A stretch of DNA of 64,000 nucleotides from assembly GCF_009914755.1 (NCBI RefSeq), contig NC_060927.1; one strand, written 5' to 3'. The stretch is from the human T2T-CHM13v2.0 reference genome, Homo sapiens. Shown here piece by piece: positions 1 through 16,663 of this stretch (position 1 is its first letter; the number at the start of each line of letters is the position of its first letter). The translations under genes were made by a program, and so were the position numbers. Under the pieces are notes generated by a model, which had not been told where the DNA came from, searched no databases, and worked only from the letters and a program-made list of their open reading frames with translations.

Positions 1-2544
1 GTCCGTGAGTACTAGCAAAGGCAACCACATCCCCTGTCCAGGAAGCGTGCCAGGAAGGGGCTCCTGTTCCACATGGGTCTGGGCATCAGGGAAGGAACCT
101 TGACACTGCCAGGACTAGCTGGGGAAGAAAAGGGCCTGTCCACTTTGTTTATCACAGCTCCCTCCTCTAGTGGGATGCCTCTCATTAGGTAGGAGCTTGG
201 TTTCCAGTGGGGTAAATAGCTTGAGCTAACCAGAACTATTTGAAATCAAGCCATGAAGTGGCAAATACAAAACTTTGCAAAAATTAAAACACACACACAC
301 ACACGCAAAGCTAGATGGGAGCTTGCTAAATTGGGAAATGGTCATGCCCTATTATCACCCAGGCCCCTCCCAAGCTGTGAGATCTTTAAGTACAATTTTA
401 AATGCTTCCTAGCCTATAATGTGAACAACGCTAGTGTCAGAGCAGGAAGGACCTGGCGCTAAACATCTCTCCCTCCATCCCTATATGACTGTAAACCCTG
501 AAATGTGAGAGAGCACCTCAGGAACAGGTCCAAGGGAACGACTTTGGCTATGGAGACACAGAATCAGCCACAGCCCACTCCCACCGCCACAGAGAAATTT
601 TCTTCTGTCTCTGGAGTCTTCTTAAACTTCTCAGAGAAAGTCTGTGGGTAACATGGATTAAAGACATACTCTAACTCTAAATAAGATACTTGGCTTCAGT
701 CTGAATGAGAAGACCCTTGTAGGAGTCTCTGTCCATTAAATAAATTATAAACAGAATGAAAATTTGGAAATTCAGAAAGTTGTTGATTCAAAATTCAGCT
801 GAACTGGGAAAATTGTAAATGTTTGTGCTTTGAAGTAAACAAATTATGAAGGCTATGAAATTCCTGCTAGTGGATTAGGGGTTTTTTTTGTTTCTTTGTT
901 TTTTGTTTTTTTGTTTTTTTGATCATTTGTGAGCCCAAGAGGAGTAGCAACACTTAAGCTTAATTTTATAAGCTTTTTTCCTGGAGGACTTGCTAATGGC
1001 TTCAATAAAGTTTAAGGAATCTAATGTAATGAAAAAGACTTTCTCAGCATTTAGCATGTCATTGAATAAACAAAAACAAAACAACCCAATCCTTCAAGGT
1101 GATCTTCTACCTATTAAATATTCAGTTTCACTGTTAATTTTTTAAAGAGGAAATGGGAATTTAAACTTACAATAGAAATATTTAAACAACATGTTTATCC
1201 TCTTCTGTCTGCTTGTGTATAACATTTATCAGCAGAAAAAATCAAAAAGCAAAGTGGGTATTTGTGTTGCCTTTAATTATATTCCAGTGATATCAGTGTT
1301 GCCCTTAGTATCAACACTGTGACTCCTGTGACCTAAGTCAGAAGCAGGCTTATTAGTGGCAAAGCAGGGTGTGATCATGACCTGAACTGGGTCTGTTTCC
1401 AGACAAGGCACCACCCCAGAAGTTTCATGCAAGAACATACCATGCTCCCTGAAATGCCTAAAGGGCATTTTCAACTGAGAAGTGAAAGTTTGGTTCACTT
1501 TTTGGTTTGATGCATTTTACTGGAAAATGGTCACTGTTCCTGCCCCCACTGGGGGAGGACTGAGCATATTGTGAAATGTCCTCACCCAGCTCTATCCTTG
1601 GATTAGCGGCTCCAAAGAAAAACATGCCTCTCTAAGTCATCCTGTAAGGTGACCCCGAAGTGTGACTTGTCACACCATCCCGCCTTCTTTACCGCCTGAG
1701 CCGTGGAGGGCAGCCTGGCCTGATGCACCAAGGATTCATGCTCACAGATGATCCAGGGCATGTTCTAAACATTAACTTTACTTCCAGCCAAGTCATGGCC
1801 TCTGTGGAACGTGCCAGAGCAGAAGCTTACCTGCCCCCGGGGTGGGCAGAGGGAGCAGGGGATGGGGACTGTTTAACACTTTGTCCCTGGAATAAGATCT
1901 CTGTGAATCTAGTGCTAATTTCGTGTGTGTAACCTTGTCAGGCGAAGGCATTTCTGTAACTCCTCCGCTCTGCATATAAAAGATTAAGACCCTGAGGTTT
2001 CAGGACCAGGTCGTGGCCTCTGAGAGCCCCAGAGCTGAGGAAACAGGAGTTACAATACTTGCCTTCCGTTACAACACATCAAGGCAGCAGCAGATTCATC
2101 TCAAAGGTAAAGGATGTTGAACTTGATGTGGATGGGAACCTGGCGGAGGTTCATCTCACTCTTCGGCAGGGAGGGAGGTGGATGGGCCCCTTGTAAGCCT
2201 GTAAACCTGTCTTTCTCAGCGGCTGGGATTCAGCTTTCCCCCGGAACCCCCTTGCTTGCATCTGCTTGGGAATGACTCACAAATCCTAATGGGGCTTTTC
2301 CATATCTAATTTATATAATTAGATGATGCAATCAAAACAAGTTAAACTGTGAGAAAGCCAGAAATCAGTGCCAGTGTCCGCTTAACCAGGCTCTGAGAAA
2401 AATAGTACATATGGATAGTGAGATGCCAATACCCCAAAGAAATGAACACCCTCAAGGAATGTTCAAGTAGAGATGCTCGACCACAGTGGGCTTCTCGGGA
2501 GACTAGCACTGAGGAGGCTGTACCTTAGCTTCGGCCTTTGTAAT

Positions 2545-2715
2545 TCTAAAGCAGAGCTGCTTAAACTGCACAGGAGTCATGCACAGGAGTCATCTGGGGA
2601 TGAGATGAAAATGCAGGGTTTGATTCCTATCTGGGCCTTGATAAATTCTGCACTTGTACCAACTCCGTGGTGATGCCAGTGCTGCTGGTTCACGGGACAA
2701 TCGGGTGGCAGGGCT
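2545..2715. mobile_element. MER5-like hAT-Charlie DNA transposon fossil
   Basis: Motifs resemble MER5A (gagtcatctgggga..aaaatgcag..ctgcacttgtacc..ggtgatgccagtgctgctggtt). Confidence 0.5.
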
Positions 2716-3084
2716 CACTGGGGTCTTAGTGACAGTATATAATCTTTGAGACTTTTCCATGCCTGAATCTTATCAAATCAGCAGAGTCAAAATGCATTTT
2801 ACCAAAAGCATTTTCTGTTCTGTTTTTAAAGTTTTTATTTTTAAATTAACACACAGTAAAAAATGATTCTTTTGTGTGTACTCAGTTCTATGAATTTTAA
2901 CATACATACAGCTTCACGTAACCACCGCCATGAAGAATGCAGAACAATTCCATCAGGTTCTCCACAGTTCCTTCATGCTTTGCCTCTGCAGTCATACCCT
3001 CCCCAACCTCTAATCCCAGGCGGTCATGATAGTTTTGTCTTTTCAAGAATACCGTATAAATGAGGTCACAGAAAACATATACCA

Positions 3085-3320
3085 ACCAGCCCGGGCAACA
3101 TGGCAAGACCCCGTCTCTACAAAAAATACCAAAATTACCCAGGTGTGGTAGTGCACACCTGTAGTCCCAGCCACTCTGGAGGCTGAGATGGGAGGATCAC
3201 CTGGAGCTGGAGGAGGTCAAAGCTGCAGTTAGCCGTGATCGTGCCCCTGCACTCCAGACTGTGCAGCAGAGTGAGACTCTGTCTCAGTTTAAAAAAAAAA
3301 AAGGAAAGAAAAGAAAAGTA
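3085..3320 (+). mobile_element. 5'-truncated AluJ-like
   Basis: End of the Alu left arm plus the right arm and an A-rich tail. Confidence 0.8.
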
Positions 3321-3647
3321 AGAAAGAAAATATATACCATTTTGAGATTGCCTTGTTCTACCGAGCATAATGCCTTTGAGATCCATCCAAGTTATTGCAT
3401 GTGTTGAAGTTTGTTCCCTCTTATTGCTGCACAATATTCCATTGTATGAATGTCTGACAGATTTTTATCCATTCATCCATTGAAGAACTATCAGGTTGTT
3501 TCTTTTTGGCAATCACGAATAGAGCTGTGTACAGGTGTGCAAGTTTTTGCTTGAATACAAGTTTACATTTCTCTAGTCTAAATACCTAGAAGTAGAATTG
3601 CTGTGTCATATGGTGAGTATAGTTTAACTTTATAAGAAACTACAGCC

Positions 3648-3968
<321 letters not shown>

Positions 3969-4766
3969 AGAAACTGCTGCCAAACTGTTTTTCACAATAA
4001 TACCTGTACCATTCTGCAGTCCTGCCAGCAATGTGTGAGAGTTCCAATTCCCTTTCTCCCTGGAACCAGAGGGCTTCTCAGAGCTCTTTCTACCCTTGTC
4101 CCCACTTCTGGGTTGCCTTGAGTCTAAACTGGGGATACCACAGTAAAAATAGAAAATTTAGCACTGTTCAATGGTAATTGGAATTCTGGGGTTTTTCCTC
4201 TAATCTACCTGCTGCTGTTTACTTTTCAGAGTCCTGAAACAGCTGCGCCACACATTCTGTCCAGGCTGCATTCTTTGGAGGGACAGGTTAGGGTATGCTT
4301 CCTCCATCTTACTTGGAACTGGAACCCTTCTGTTCTATTTCAAGCCCCAATCATAAAGAAAAATGTAAAAGGCGGTTAAACATACTTTTGGATATGTGAA
4401 ACATAATCATGAAATACTTGCTCTCAGGAGGTGTTGAATAGGCAAGAAGTACATGAGCAGTGTGCACAGTCAGCTGGTGTGCATTGAACCTCCCTAGCCA
4501 AGAGCCACAAGCACGCTCAGTGTAAGCCAAAAGCCTCTTTTAAAAAAGCAACTCTCAGATTTCTCAATTTGAGTTTAATACTCTGGGTAACTGAGACTTG
4601 GGAAATCAAATTGCTGGCACAGCGTTAAGGCTTGCGAGGGACAAATGTTCCTTTGTTCTTGTTGATTTGCTGAACGTGAATTGGCTCCTGGGGCAGCACA
4701 GATGCCTCACAGGCGGTCAAGTGCAACACATTTGGTTCGACTGAATCGATGTCTTCACATCCCTTC

Positions 4767-4781
4767 ATGCGGTTGTTCTCT
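4767..4781 (+). CDS. FAM240A: FAM240A coding exon 1 (MRLFS)
   Basis: ATG CGG TTG TTC TCT is followed by a consensus donor gtaagt at 4782. It joins exon 2 in phase 0 and gives an 83-aa ORF in total. An in-frame upstream ATG is at 4749. Confidence 0.75.
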
Positions 4782-5281
4782 GTAAGTGTTAATTAATTTG
4801 TTGATTTTGTGAAGTAAAATTCCTAATGGTTATGGAGGTTATGGTTTGTCCAAGTTGGTGCTGATTCACTGGACGCAGCAGCACGAATTCTCTCAAGTAC
4901 AAGATTAGATGGCGTTTTGGGCAGAGGGGATACAGAGGAATAGAGCTATTTACTTATCAAGAGCTTTCCAACTATGGACAGTCTCCTCATCACACTTCTA
5001 CTAGGAGGAGCAGTTGTCCTCATTGTAGACACCAGGAAACCGAAACACAAATACTCACGGAAACACGTTACCTGTGAAGGAATGGGCTAAACCCTAATGA
5101 CAAGATGCTAACAGTCTCCCAGTAGGTTAGAGCCAGGGAACTTGAACTTCTAGTCCAAAGACAGAAGAAGCTTTTTACCTATGTTTACTGAGGAATAACT
5201 TATGTGTAGTGAAATTCACTCATATAAAATGTAGAGTTTGGTAAGTTTTAGCAATTGTACACTGCTATATAATCAACACTA

Positions 5282-5650
<369 letters not shown>

Positions 5651-6004
5651 CTAAAAAGTGCCCCCATGCTCCTTTGCCCTCAGTCCCCTCCCCCAACTCG
5701 ACCTCAGCCAATCCCCAATCTGTTTCTGCAACTCTTTGTTCTGCAAGATTTCCACTGCAGGTCTCTGCACAGGTCACTTCCTGCACCCTGGGTGCTCCTG
5801 CCCGCTCATCCTGCAAGTCCCTCCCCCTAGAAGGAGCCCCAAACCCTCGGCCAGGTCAGGGCACCCTCCTTGTGTGTCCCATTTCAGTGCCTATCACGTG
5901 AAGTGCCAGTGCCTCACTCCCTGTTATCTGAAGTCCCCTGAGGAGGGGCCCTGTCTTATCCCAGTGTCAGCCGTTTAGAGTGAAGAAGGATGGGGTATTA
6001 GATA

Positions 6005-6328
<324 letters not shown>

Positions 6329-8435
6329 TAATCCCCTCTTTCTGCCTTATCTTTTCCTAAAAGTGTATTTCTAAAGTTATCATTAATTGTGTTTCTTTGA
6401 AGCTACAAAATTGGTGATAGTAGCCACTACAGTTCTGCTCATAGTGAGGACAATGACTAAAACAAGTTAAGAAGACAAGGTAGTTTGTTTAAAAGTGAAA
6501 TGCATTTTTTCTTAGAGATTTTACTTGTTTTCACCATTGTGTCAGCAGCATTTTCCAGCAAAACATACACACACAGCTGGTTAGTTTGTAAAATAACGTT
6601 ATGCGGATGGAGGTAGAGATGGATGTCACTCTTCAACCCAAAGGGAGCTCTGCTATTTCTTAGAAAAACATGTATCTCCCATTTTACACATGTGGGACAC
6701 CTCCCAGTGAGTGGGCATGGTGAGGCTTATCTCTGACGTATCAGAAGTGAAAGAACACAGGACAAACGCTCTTACCCAGTGCTCCTCTGGGCATGGCCCT
6801 ACATAGGACATGGTTCAACTTAAGAACTTCTACTGTCATCCAAGCTTTCCTAAATGGTGGCCAACAGACCAAGGATAGAGATAAATGAATCTGTCATATA
6901 CCCAAGAAGCCATACACTCAATATTGTGTGTAAATAAAGATTCACACTTATTCAAAGTTGTCAATGACATTTAATTAGCTCAGACTAATGATGTCCCTAT
7001 GCCAGACTAATGAATCCCTATGCCAGACAACAGTCAGAAAAATGAGTGGGCCAGGACCAAGCTCATCAGTTATATTTATTCAGAACTTTATAAATTGCAG
7101 AACACTTTCACTCTTAGGGTCAAAATCGGTCTTCAGAGAAATTTTAAAGATGAGAAAACTGACGCCAGGAGAACCCATGTGACAAACAGACGGCGCATCA
7201 AGGCAGTGGAAACACGGGTCTGGAGTGAACATCTGGCTTCAAACCCCTTTCTCCTTCTACCCTGCCCCACTGTCCCGGTCTGTCTTTCTGAGAGCTGTGG
7301 CCCAGACCTCTATGCTGAGTTCCAGACCCATGTGTCAGGCACCCCTCCAGTGCTTCCCCCTGGGGGTCGGCACCCAGAAAACTCAAACTCCATCCATCCA
7401 GCACAGCCTGAGCCCACTCCCCATAGCCCTCCTCCTCCATTTCCCATCTGTGCACAGGCAGAGCCAGGGCAGTACCCACTGACACCCCTTCTCCTTCATT
7501 TTCCACACAGAGTTTCCTGTGAATCTGTCCACTCTTCATCATCTTTGCCCCTCCCGTCCTGGTCACAGCATCGCTCTGGGCTCCTCCAGCAGCCCAGTTC
7601 CTCCTCCCCCTGCATCCGCTCTCACCTCTTCAGTCTCTGCCCCCAGAACATCTGGCAAAATGCCTGTCTGGACCCACCATTTCCCCACTGAAAGCCCTTC
7701 CTGGGATAAGGTCCAAATCCTCTCTGGGGCATGCCAGGCCAGCTTCTCCAGGCTCCCATCTCCCCACACTCTTCTGCAGGGGTTCCCACCAGCAGACAGG
7801 AACATCTGCAGCCCCTGCTTTTGAGCTTTCTACTATATCCACTCAGCTGGTCTGAAAGTTAAGCAGAGTTTCTGCATGTAATAAGTGAGCATTTTGAGTG
7901 TCTGATATGTATAATTCCACACACAAGAGCCCACATGTGTGCACGCACACACACACACACACACCTCAAAGCAGCTTGCTCTGGGGTGTCAGGCACTGGA
8001 ACCATTTTCTCTGATAAACCCCTTTAGTAAAGGGCCTGGAAACTTTCAGAAGTCTGAAGCCTGTCACTCCTCAAATATCTCACCTAAAAGATGAAGAAGG
8101 TCATGGCCATCTCATGTGGATGTTGTGATAACGAAATGGACTTAGGTGCACAAAATTCCTGGTGCATGTTCCTGCTACTGGAAGTTGAGAAACGATTCTT
8201 CTGTGAGGAGGAAGGAAGGGCAGAGGCGTTTGCCAGGTGCCAGCTTGTGGAAGGTCTGCACTCACATCTCACTGTGTCCTGACAACCAGCCAGCAGCAAG
8301 CACTGAGGCCACCATTGTCCTCCCACTTGCAGAGGTCCTGTGGCTGGCCAGGTCTGTCTCATGTCAACAGCAGGGTCAGGATGCCTATACCCTGCAGAGT
8401 CTCAGGGATCATGGTTTATGGGGGTTCAGCTTCTA

Positions 8436-8782
8436 TTTTTTTTTATTTCAATAGCTTTAGGAGTACAAGTGGGTTTTGGTTACATGGATAAGTTGTATAG
8501 TGTTTAAGTCTTGGCTTTTAGTGCACTTGTCACCCAAATAGTGTACATGGCACCCAATAAGTGACATTTTATCCCTAACCTCTTTCCTTCTGAGTCTCCA
8601 ATGCCCATTATACCACTCTGTTTGCCTTTATAAACCCGTGGCTTAGCTCCCACTTATAAGTGAGAATATGCAGTATTTGGTTTTCCATTCCAGAGTTACT
8701 TCATTAGGATAATGGCCTCCAGTTCCATCCGAGTTGCTGCAAAAGACATTATTTTGTTCTTTTTTAGGCTGAGTAGTATTCC

Positions 8783-8824
<42 letters not shown>

Positions 8825-9259
8825 AAACATTTTCTTGATCCAGTCATAAGTTAATGAGCACTTAGTTTGACTCCATATCTTTGCAATTGTGAATTGTGCT
8901 GTGATAAACAAACACATTCAGGTGTCTTTTTTATATAATTACTTCTTTTCCTTTGGGTAGGTACCCAGTAGTCAGAATTGCTGGATCAAATGGTAGATCT
9001 ACTCTCAGTTCTTTGAGAAATCTCCATACTGTTTTCCAAAGAGGTTGTACTAATTTACATTCCTACCAACAGCATATAAGTGTTCTCTTTTCTCTGCATC
9101 TGCACCAACACCTATTAGTTTTTTGACTTTTAAACAGTCAAATTGGAGTAAGGTGGATTGGAGTAAGATGGTAGGTATCTCATTGTGGTTTTAATTTACA
9201 TTTCCCTGATGATGAGTGATGTTGAGCATTTCTTCATATGTTTTTTGGTTATTTGTATG
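8436..9259 (-). mobile_element. L1MA-type 3' end, 5'-truncated, abutting the FAM240A exon 2 acceptor
   Basis: Antisense L1 3' UTR and ORF2 end (tttatttcaatagc.., cccacttataagtgagaatatgcagtatttgg.., gatgttgagcattt). Contains (AC)n at 8786-8822. Confidence 0.88.
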
Positions 9260-9276
9260 GCTATTTTCCTTTTTAG

Positions 9277-9447
<171 letters not shown>

Positions 9448-10652
9448 TAGAATTAATTAATTTTTAAAATACATCTTATAATTTAGAACAGTTTTAGGTT
9501 CACAGCAAAATTGAGCAGAAGGTACTAAGAGTTCCCTGAGCCCCCACGCAATTGCCCCACTGTCAACATCTGCACCAGTGGTACCTTTGTGACTGTCGAT
9601 GAGCTTTCACTGACTTTCAAGTCATGATTATCTTGTCTGTTTTGTAAGAGCAAAATTAATTTCCCCAGAAGAATGCCAGATGGGCATCTTAGAGGAGGTA
9701 ATTATTTTAATTTTCCATGCTTACATTCCTTTAATTCTTATCTTTATGAACTGGAAAACTCTCTCCTCTCTGTCACCATGTCACCTTCTAGCACATGAGG
9801 TTACACTAAATGGGGCAGGGGTGGGGGTACAAACACTATGTCTGTGAAAAGCAATCAAGCAAAGGAAGCAGTGCCCAGTTCTCAGCACCCATTTAGGTGA
9901 AAACACAAGATGGCCTGCGTGGTTCCTGGAGGGGAAGGCGGGGTCTCCCCTTGTGTGCATCCCTGTTCTGGCCCAGTGAGTCTGCCGAGCAGTGGAGTGC
10001 AGTGACTCCCGTGGGCAAACGAGGGTCACCTTGCTGTGGAAGCAGTGCAGGCTCACTGCCCTCACACACACACTGCAGAAAGCCATCATGGGCTGCAGGG
10101 AGGGACCGCCCTTTTGAGCTCTGTCCCCTCAAAGGGAACAGCTCAGCCAGCTGTCTGACGAGGCCATGGCTTATGTGTGGTAAGGGAGTATGAGACCTTG
10201 TGTGCTGTCCAGACAGCAGGGCCCATGACTCCATGGCCACTGGACTGATGGCATGCCTTAATTCACAGGTGGTAAACTTACTGCTGCCTTCCCAAAGCCT
10301 CTCCTGAGCCCTAGAGGGGAACCCAGCCTCCCACTTATAGAGACCTGCTCAGCCTTATTCCCGACTACCATCCCACCTGCTGAAGTACAGAAGTAGGGCA
10401 TAGAAAGCTGACTTGGGTGGCCAGTCATTTCTGCAGTTCCTGCCATCTTCGTCCCCCAGGCTATGCCACTCAGAGTCCTGTACCATGTGTGGGTTCCCTG
10501 GGGAGCAGGCAAAAGGCTTCAGGTGAAGTGAAATTGGCCCAAGGAAGATGCAGAAACCAAAGGCTCCAAGAGAGGCACAAGCCAAGGGGTGAACAAAACA
10601 GCCTCTGAAGCAAATTGTGCAGGCTGTTAAAACATTAAAAATATATACATGC

Positions 10653-11027
<375 letters not shown>

Positions 11028-12469
11028 CTATGCATATAATAAAAGAATGCAAGAAGATAAACTTTCTGGTTGATAGGGTGGCAGAAGACTTTAGCTTATT
11101 TGTTCTCCTCACCCTCTTCCGATTTGACTCTGGGTAGCCAGGCTCCAGAGGCTCTGCTCTAATTAATACTCTGTGTTGTCCCTTCACAAAATGGAATGTT
11201 AGTTCCCCTCCCTCTTCTGCACTCCCATTTAACAATCCAGGATCTAATAGGGCAGCAGCAATACGCCAAAGGAAGACATTCCTTAGAGGAGAAAAACAAG
11301 ATGAAAACAAAATTGCAAGAGTGGGCAAGGGTGGGAACAAGCTCAGAATAGTGGTGAACAGCAGAGACTTTGCAGCTGGTTGCCTGGGCTCACCCTTTTG
11401 GGTCCCTGGGGTGAGCAACCAAATCTCCCTGGGTCTCAGTGTCCTCATCATTATTTTCATCATAGAGAAACAGACACTAAGAGAAGTAAGAGGGATGCTG
11501 GAGAGTTACTGCCCTTTGAGTGTGGGCAGAGGGAGTGCAGACTTGATCTTCTTTCATTAGCAGATGGAGCACCTGGGCTACTGATGCACACAGGGGTGTG
11601 TACAAACCTCCCCCATTTTGGAACTGGTCAGGGAGGTGACACAGATGCTGCCGTCTCCCGCCTGTCCACTACAGGATCTGAGCGTTTCTTTCTGCAGTCT
11701 TCTGGGGGTCCCAGCTTCAGAGCTGGTTCACTTGGCCCTTGGGCACCAGCAGCTTGTTGAGCTGCTGTGCAGATGTCTTGGCATGCTGGTTGGCAGCCCG
11801 CACTCTGAGGTCCAGCCCTCCAGGTAACTAGCATGGCACCCTCCAATCTCATCTCTCAGGGAAGAGAGAGTTGGGCAAATGTAGGAGAATGGACAAGAGC
11901 ATTCTAGGCAGAAGAAATGCCATGTGCAAACACCCCGAGGCAAGGGAACAGCTTGCCCTATTTGTGGAATGGAGAAACCACCATTTTTATATATTGCTCG
12001 TGTATTCTCCAAAGTCCCTACTGCAGTGCTGAACATATAATAAGAAGTGCTCAAGAAAAGCATGCTTGACTGGATCCAAGAAAACCACGGAACTGGCTCT
12101 TGGATGGGTCTTTGCTGCCTACTTACTTTGGCCCAGCACTCACTCCCATTCCTGGCTTCCTTGCCAGGCTGATCTCCTTTGATCCCCACCCCCATCAATT
12201 CTCCTCCCTCAGCTGACCCCTCTTCCCATGCTAGTCCTTGAATCGCCAGTCCTTCAGCTTCTGGCTAGGTTCTGTCAACAGGAGATGAGAGGACTGGAGG
12301 CTAAGTCTGCCTATTTCTTCCCCACACCCTTCCTGCCCTGGGTCCTGTTTTCTAGCAGTGACTTCATCTCTCCTGGACTACAGCTCCTGCTGCAGAGCCC
12401 CTCCCCCATGACTCCAGGCTCCAAACACAAGTGAAAAGGGATTGGTAGAAAGAAGCTATTGACATTTGG

Positions 12470-13190
12470 CAACACCTAATGAAAGTAAATTGGATCTAAT
12501 GATCATTAATATCTGCTAACATCAAAAAAGGTGATCTATAACCAGACAGATTTGATGGCCGTCCATTATATCACCCGTACTGTAGTTTTGTCAAAAAAAA
12601 AAAAAAATCCGGATCTAATCAAACTTCTAGTGCTAGCCACTAATTAACAGCATATACAGGAAACAGAGGAATGGGTTACAGTCACACAGGAATACAGTCA
12701 GCAAAATTCAAACTGTGCATACTCTGGCAGAACAAACAATCTGGTTTCAAAAAAAGAAAACAAAAACTGCAAGGGAAGGGGAAAGATGAGGGAGAATTTC
12801 CAGATTAAAGAAATCCTAAAAGATATAGCAACAAATAGGAATGTGTGCGCTTTATTCGGGTCCTGATTCAACCAACCTAACGTTCAACATTAAAAGACAA
12901 TCAGAATTGTGAACCAATGGAATATTTATTTGATGATATCAAGTACCTCTGGTTAATTTTTTAAGTGTGATAATGGCAAGGTAGTTTCTTTTTAAAGGAG
13001 TTATTATATTTAAGGACAAAATAGCTAAATGTAGTTATTTTGTTTAACATGCAGGAGAAGGGAGATATGGGAAACAAGATCAGCCTTAAGCTGAGGAAGC
13101 TGGGGAGTGGCTATAGGGGAGTTCTTAGATTACTAGTTTCTCTACTTTTTTGTATGCTTGAAATCTTCTACTACAAAGGTTTTCTAAAAA
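12470..13190 (+). mobile_element. Ancient L1ME/MC 3'-end fragment
   Basis: Resembles old L1M 3' UTR motifs (agtcagcaaaattcaaactgtg..aacaaacaatctggtttc..tttgatgatatc). Confidence 0.45.
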
Positions 13191-13579
13191 ACGTTATCTT
13201 GAAAAAAAAGAGTGCAATTTCCCTTTCCCTTCTTCCTCACCACCTCTTCACAATCCAAGTAGTTCCATTAATTTTTTCTGTATGTACTTTGAGGCTACTT
13301 TATTAGGTGCATGCATATTTAGAAGTGTAATATCTTCACAGTGAGGTGAACCTTTTTATTATTTGGCAGTGACTTTATCCCTGATGATTTTTTGTTTGAA
13401 GATCTTTTTATCAACAGACTTTATAACTGTATTAACAGACTTTATATTGTCTGTTAATATAGCCAAACCAACCTTGTTTTTATTAGCATTTGCCTTATAT
13501 ATCTTTTTTCCGTTTTCTTATTTTCAACTTATCTCTGTCCTTATAATTTAGATGTGTCTTTTTTAAACAGCACATAGTT

Positions 13580-13880
13580 GTCTGAGCACGGTGGCTCATG
13601 CCTGTAATCCCAGCACCCTGGGAAGCCAAGGCAGGTAGAACACTTGAGTTTGAGACCAGGCTGGGCAATATAGCAAAACTCTGTCCCTATAAAAAATACA
13701 AAAATTGGCCAGGCATGCTACCACGAGCCTGTAGTCCCAGCTACTGCGGGGGAAAGGGGGAGTGGGGCTGAAATAGGAGGATCACTTGAGCCTCGGGAGG
13801 TCGAGGCTGCAGTGAGCCATGATCGTGCCACTGCAATCCAGCCTGGGCAACAGAGACCCCGCCTTCTCAAAAAAAAAAAA
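13580..13880 (+). mobile_element. AluJ-like
   Basis: Alu dimer with an internal deletion; TSD acatagtt. Confidence 0.88.
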
Positions 13881-14173
13881 ACTACATAGTTGGATTGGAT
13901 GTTTTTCTAATCCGACATATTTTAGTATAAATTGGTGAGTTTAGTCCTTTTTCATTTATTGTAACTGGCTTGTTTCTACCATCTTAGTTACTTAGAGTGC
14001 TTTATGATTTCCCTTTTCTGTATTCCTTTCTATTTTTTTCTTACTCTTTGAATTGATATCCATATCTCCTTAATAGATAAGAACTATTTTACTAGTTTCT
14101 TCTCTCATCTTATCATTGTCTTCTTTTCATTTTCTTTGGGTTTATTCTTTTGCAGAGATGTTCTCAATTTTGA

Positions 14174-14499
<326 letters not shown>

Positions 14500-16314
14500 G
14501 AGAAAAATTTCTTTTACAGATTTTGCTTTTGTTGTATCTAAGAAGACTTTGCCTATCCCAAGGTCACAAAGATTGTCTTCTGTTTTATTTCTAGAAGTCT
14601 TATGAATTTAAGTTTTACATTTAGATTAATAATACCTTTTGACTTAATTTTTAATATAATGTGAGGTATAGCCTGCAGTTCACTTTTTTTGCATATCCAG
14701 TGGTTCCAGCACCATATGCTGAAAAGACTATCCTTTCTCCACTACATTGTCTTTGCACGTTTGTTGAAAATTAATAACTCATCTATGTGTAGGAATGTTT
14801 TTGGACCTTTTCTGTCCCATTGATCTATTTGTCCATTGGCCCAATGTCACACTGCTTTGATTACTTAGGTTTATAATAATTCTTGAAGTCAGGTGTTGTA
14901 AGTCTTACAACTTCTTCAAAATTGTTTTAGTTATCCTAGGTTATCTGCATTTTCATATGAATTTTGGAATCAACTTGTCAGTTTCTGTTATGTAAAACAG
15001 CCTGCTGGTTTGATTGGGATGGAATTGAATCTATAGGTCAATTTAGGGAGAAATGACGTCCTAATAATATTTAGAGTATCTGATATATGAACACAATATA
15101 TACGTCCCTTTATTTAGGTCTGTTTTAATATCTCTCAGCAATGGTTTGCAGTTTTCAGCACATAAGTCATATATATCTTTTGTCAGATTTACCTCTATTT
15201 TGTATTTTTGATATTATTATAATTGCTTTTTTTAAATTTTAATTTATGGTTGTTTCTTTGATTTATGGGTTATTTAGAATTTGTTATTTAGTTTCAAAAT
15301 GTTTAGGGGACTTTCCAGATATCTTTCTGTTATTAAGTCTAATTTAATTATCGCAGACAGGGAACATATTGAACCCTTTTACATTTATTGAGACTTGTTT
15401 TATAGCCCAGAATATTTTCTATCTTCGTAAATATTCCATGTATGTTTGAAAAAGAATGTGTGTTCTGCCGTTGTTAGGGAGAATATTCTATAAATATTGA
15501 TTATATCAAGTTGGTTGATAGTGTTGTTCAAGTGTTTTATATCCTTATCATTTACTGATTATTGAAAGACAGGTATTGAAATCTCTGCTATAAATACAGA
15601 TTTGTCTACTTCTCCTTGCAGTTCTATCACATTTTGCTTCATGTATTTTGAAGTTCTGTTATTAGGTACAAAAATGTTTCAGATTGTTATATCATCTTGA
15701 TGAATTGACCCTCTTATTGCAAAATGACCCTCTTTCTCTTTGGTAATATTTTTTGCTATGAAATCTACTTTGATATTAATATAACCACACCAGCCTTCTT
15801 TGATTAGGTTTAGCATGGACTATCTCTTCGTCCTTTTACTTTTAACCTATTTTGTCTTCATATTTAAAGTGGATTTCTTATAAGCAGTATATATTTGGAT
15901 ATTGTCTTTTAAAAATCCAATTTGACAGTCTTTGCATTTTTATTGCGTTGTTTACACCATTAACATTAATTGGTATGATTTGTTTTAAATCTACCATCGT
16001 GCTATGTGTCCTCTATTTCTCTCATCTGTTGTTTATTCCCTTTTTCTCTTTTTATGCCTTGTTTTGGATCAAGTGAGTATTTTTTATGATTCCATGTTAT
16101 CTCTTCTGTTGGCTATTTAACTATTGTTCTTTGTGTTTAGTGGTTGCTTTAGGATATATAATACACATCCTTAACTTATCACAGCCTGCCTTCAGGTGAT
16201 ATTTTATCACTTTTTGTGTAGCATAAGAACCTTAAAATGGTATATTCTCATTTCTCCCCTCTTGGCCTTTATGCTATTGTACAAAGTACAACTTTACTTC
16301 TACATATGCTATAA

Positions 16315-16663
<349 letters not shown>

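Noticed and set aside
700-1300. AT-rich, 3'-UTR-like segment with several AATAAA/ATTAAA
   Set aside because: No associated exon or ORF could be identified in the window.
7020-7691. 223-aa ORF in FAM240A intron 1
   Set aside because: Overlaps MIR/L2-like decayed sequence, starts at a small tandem duplication, and shows no domain or splice support.
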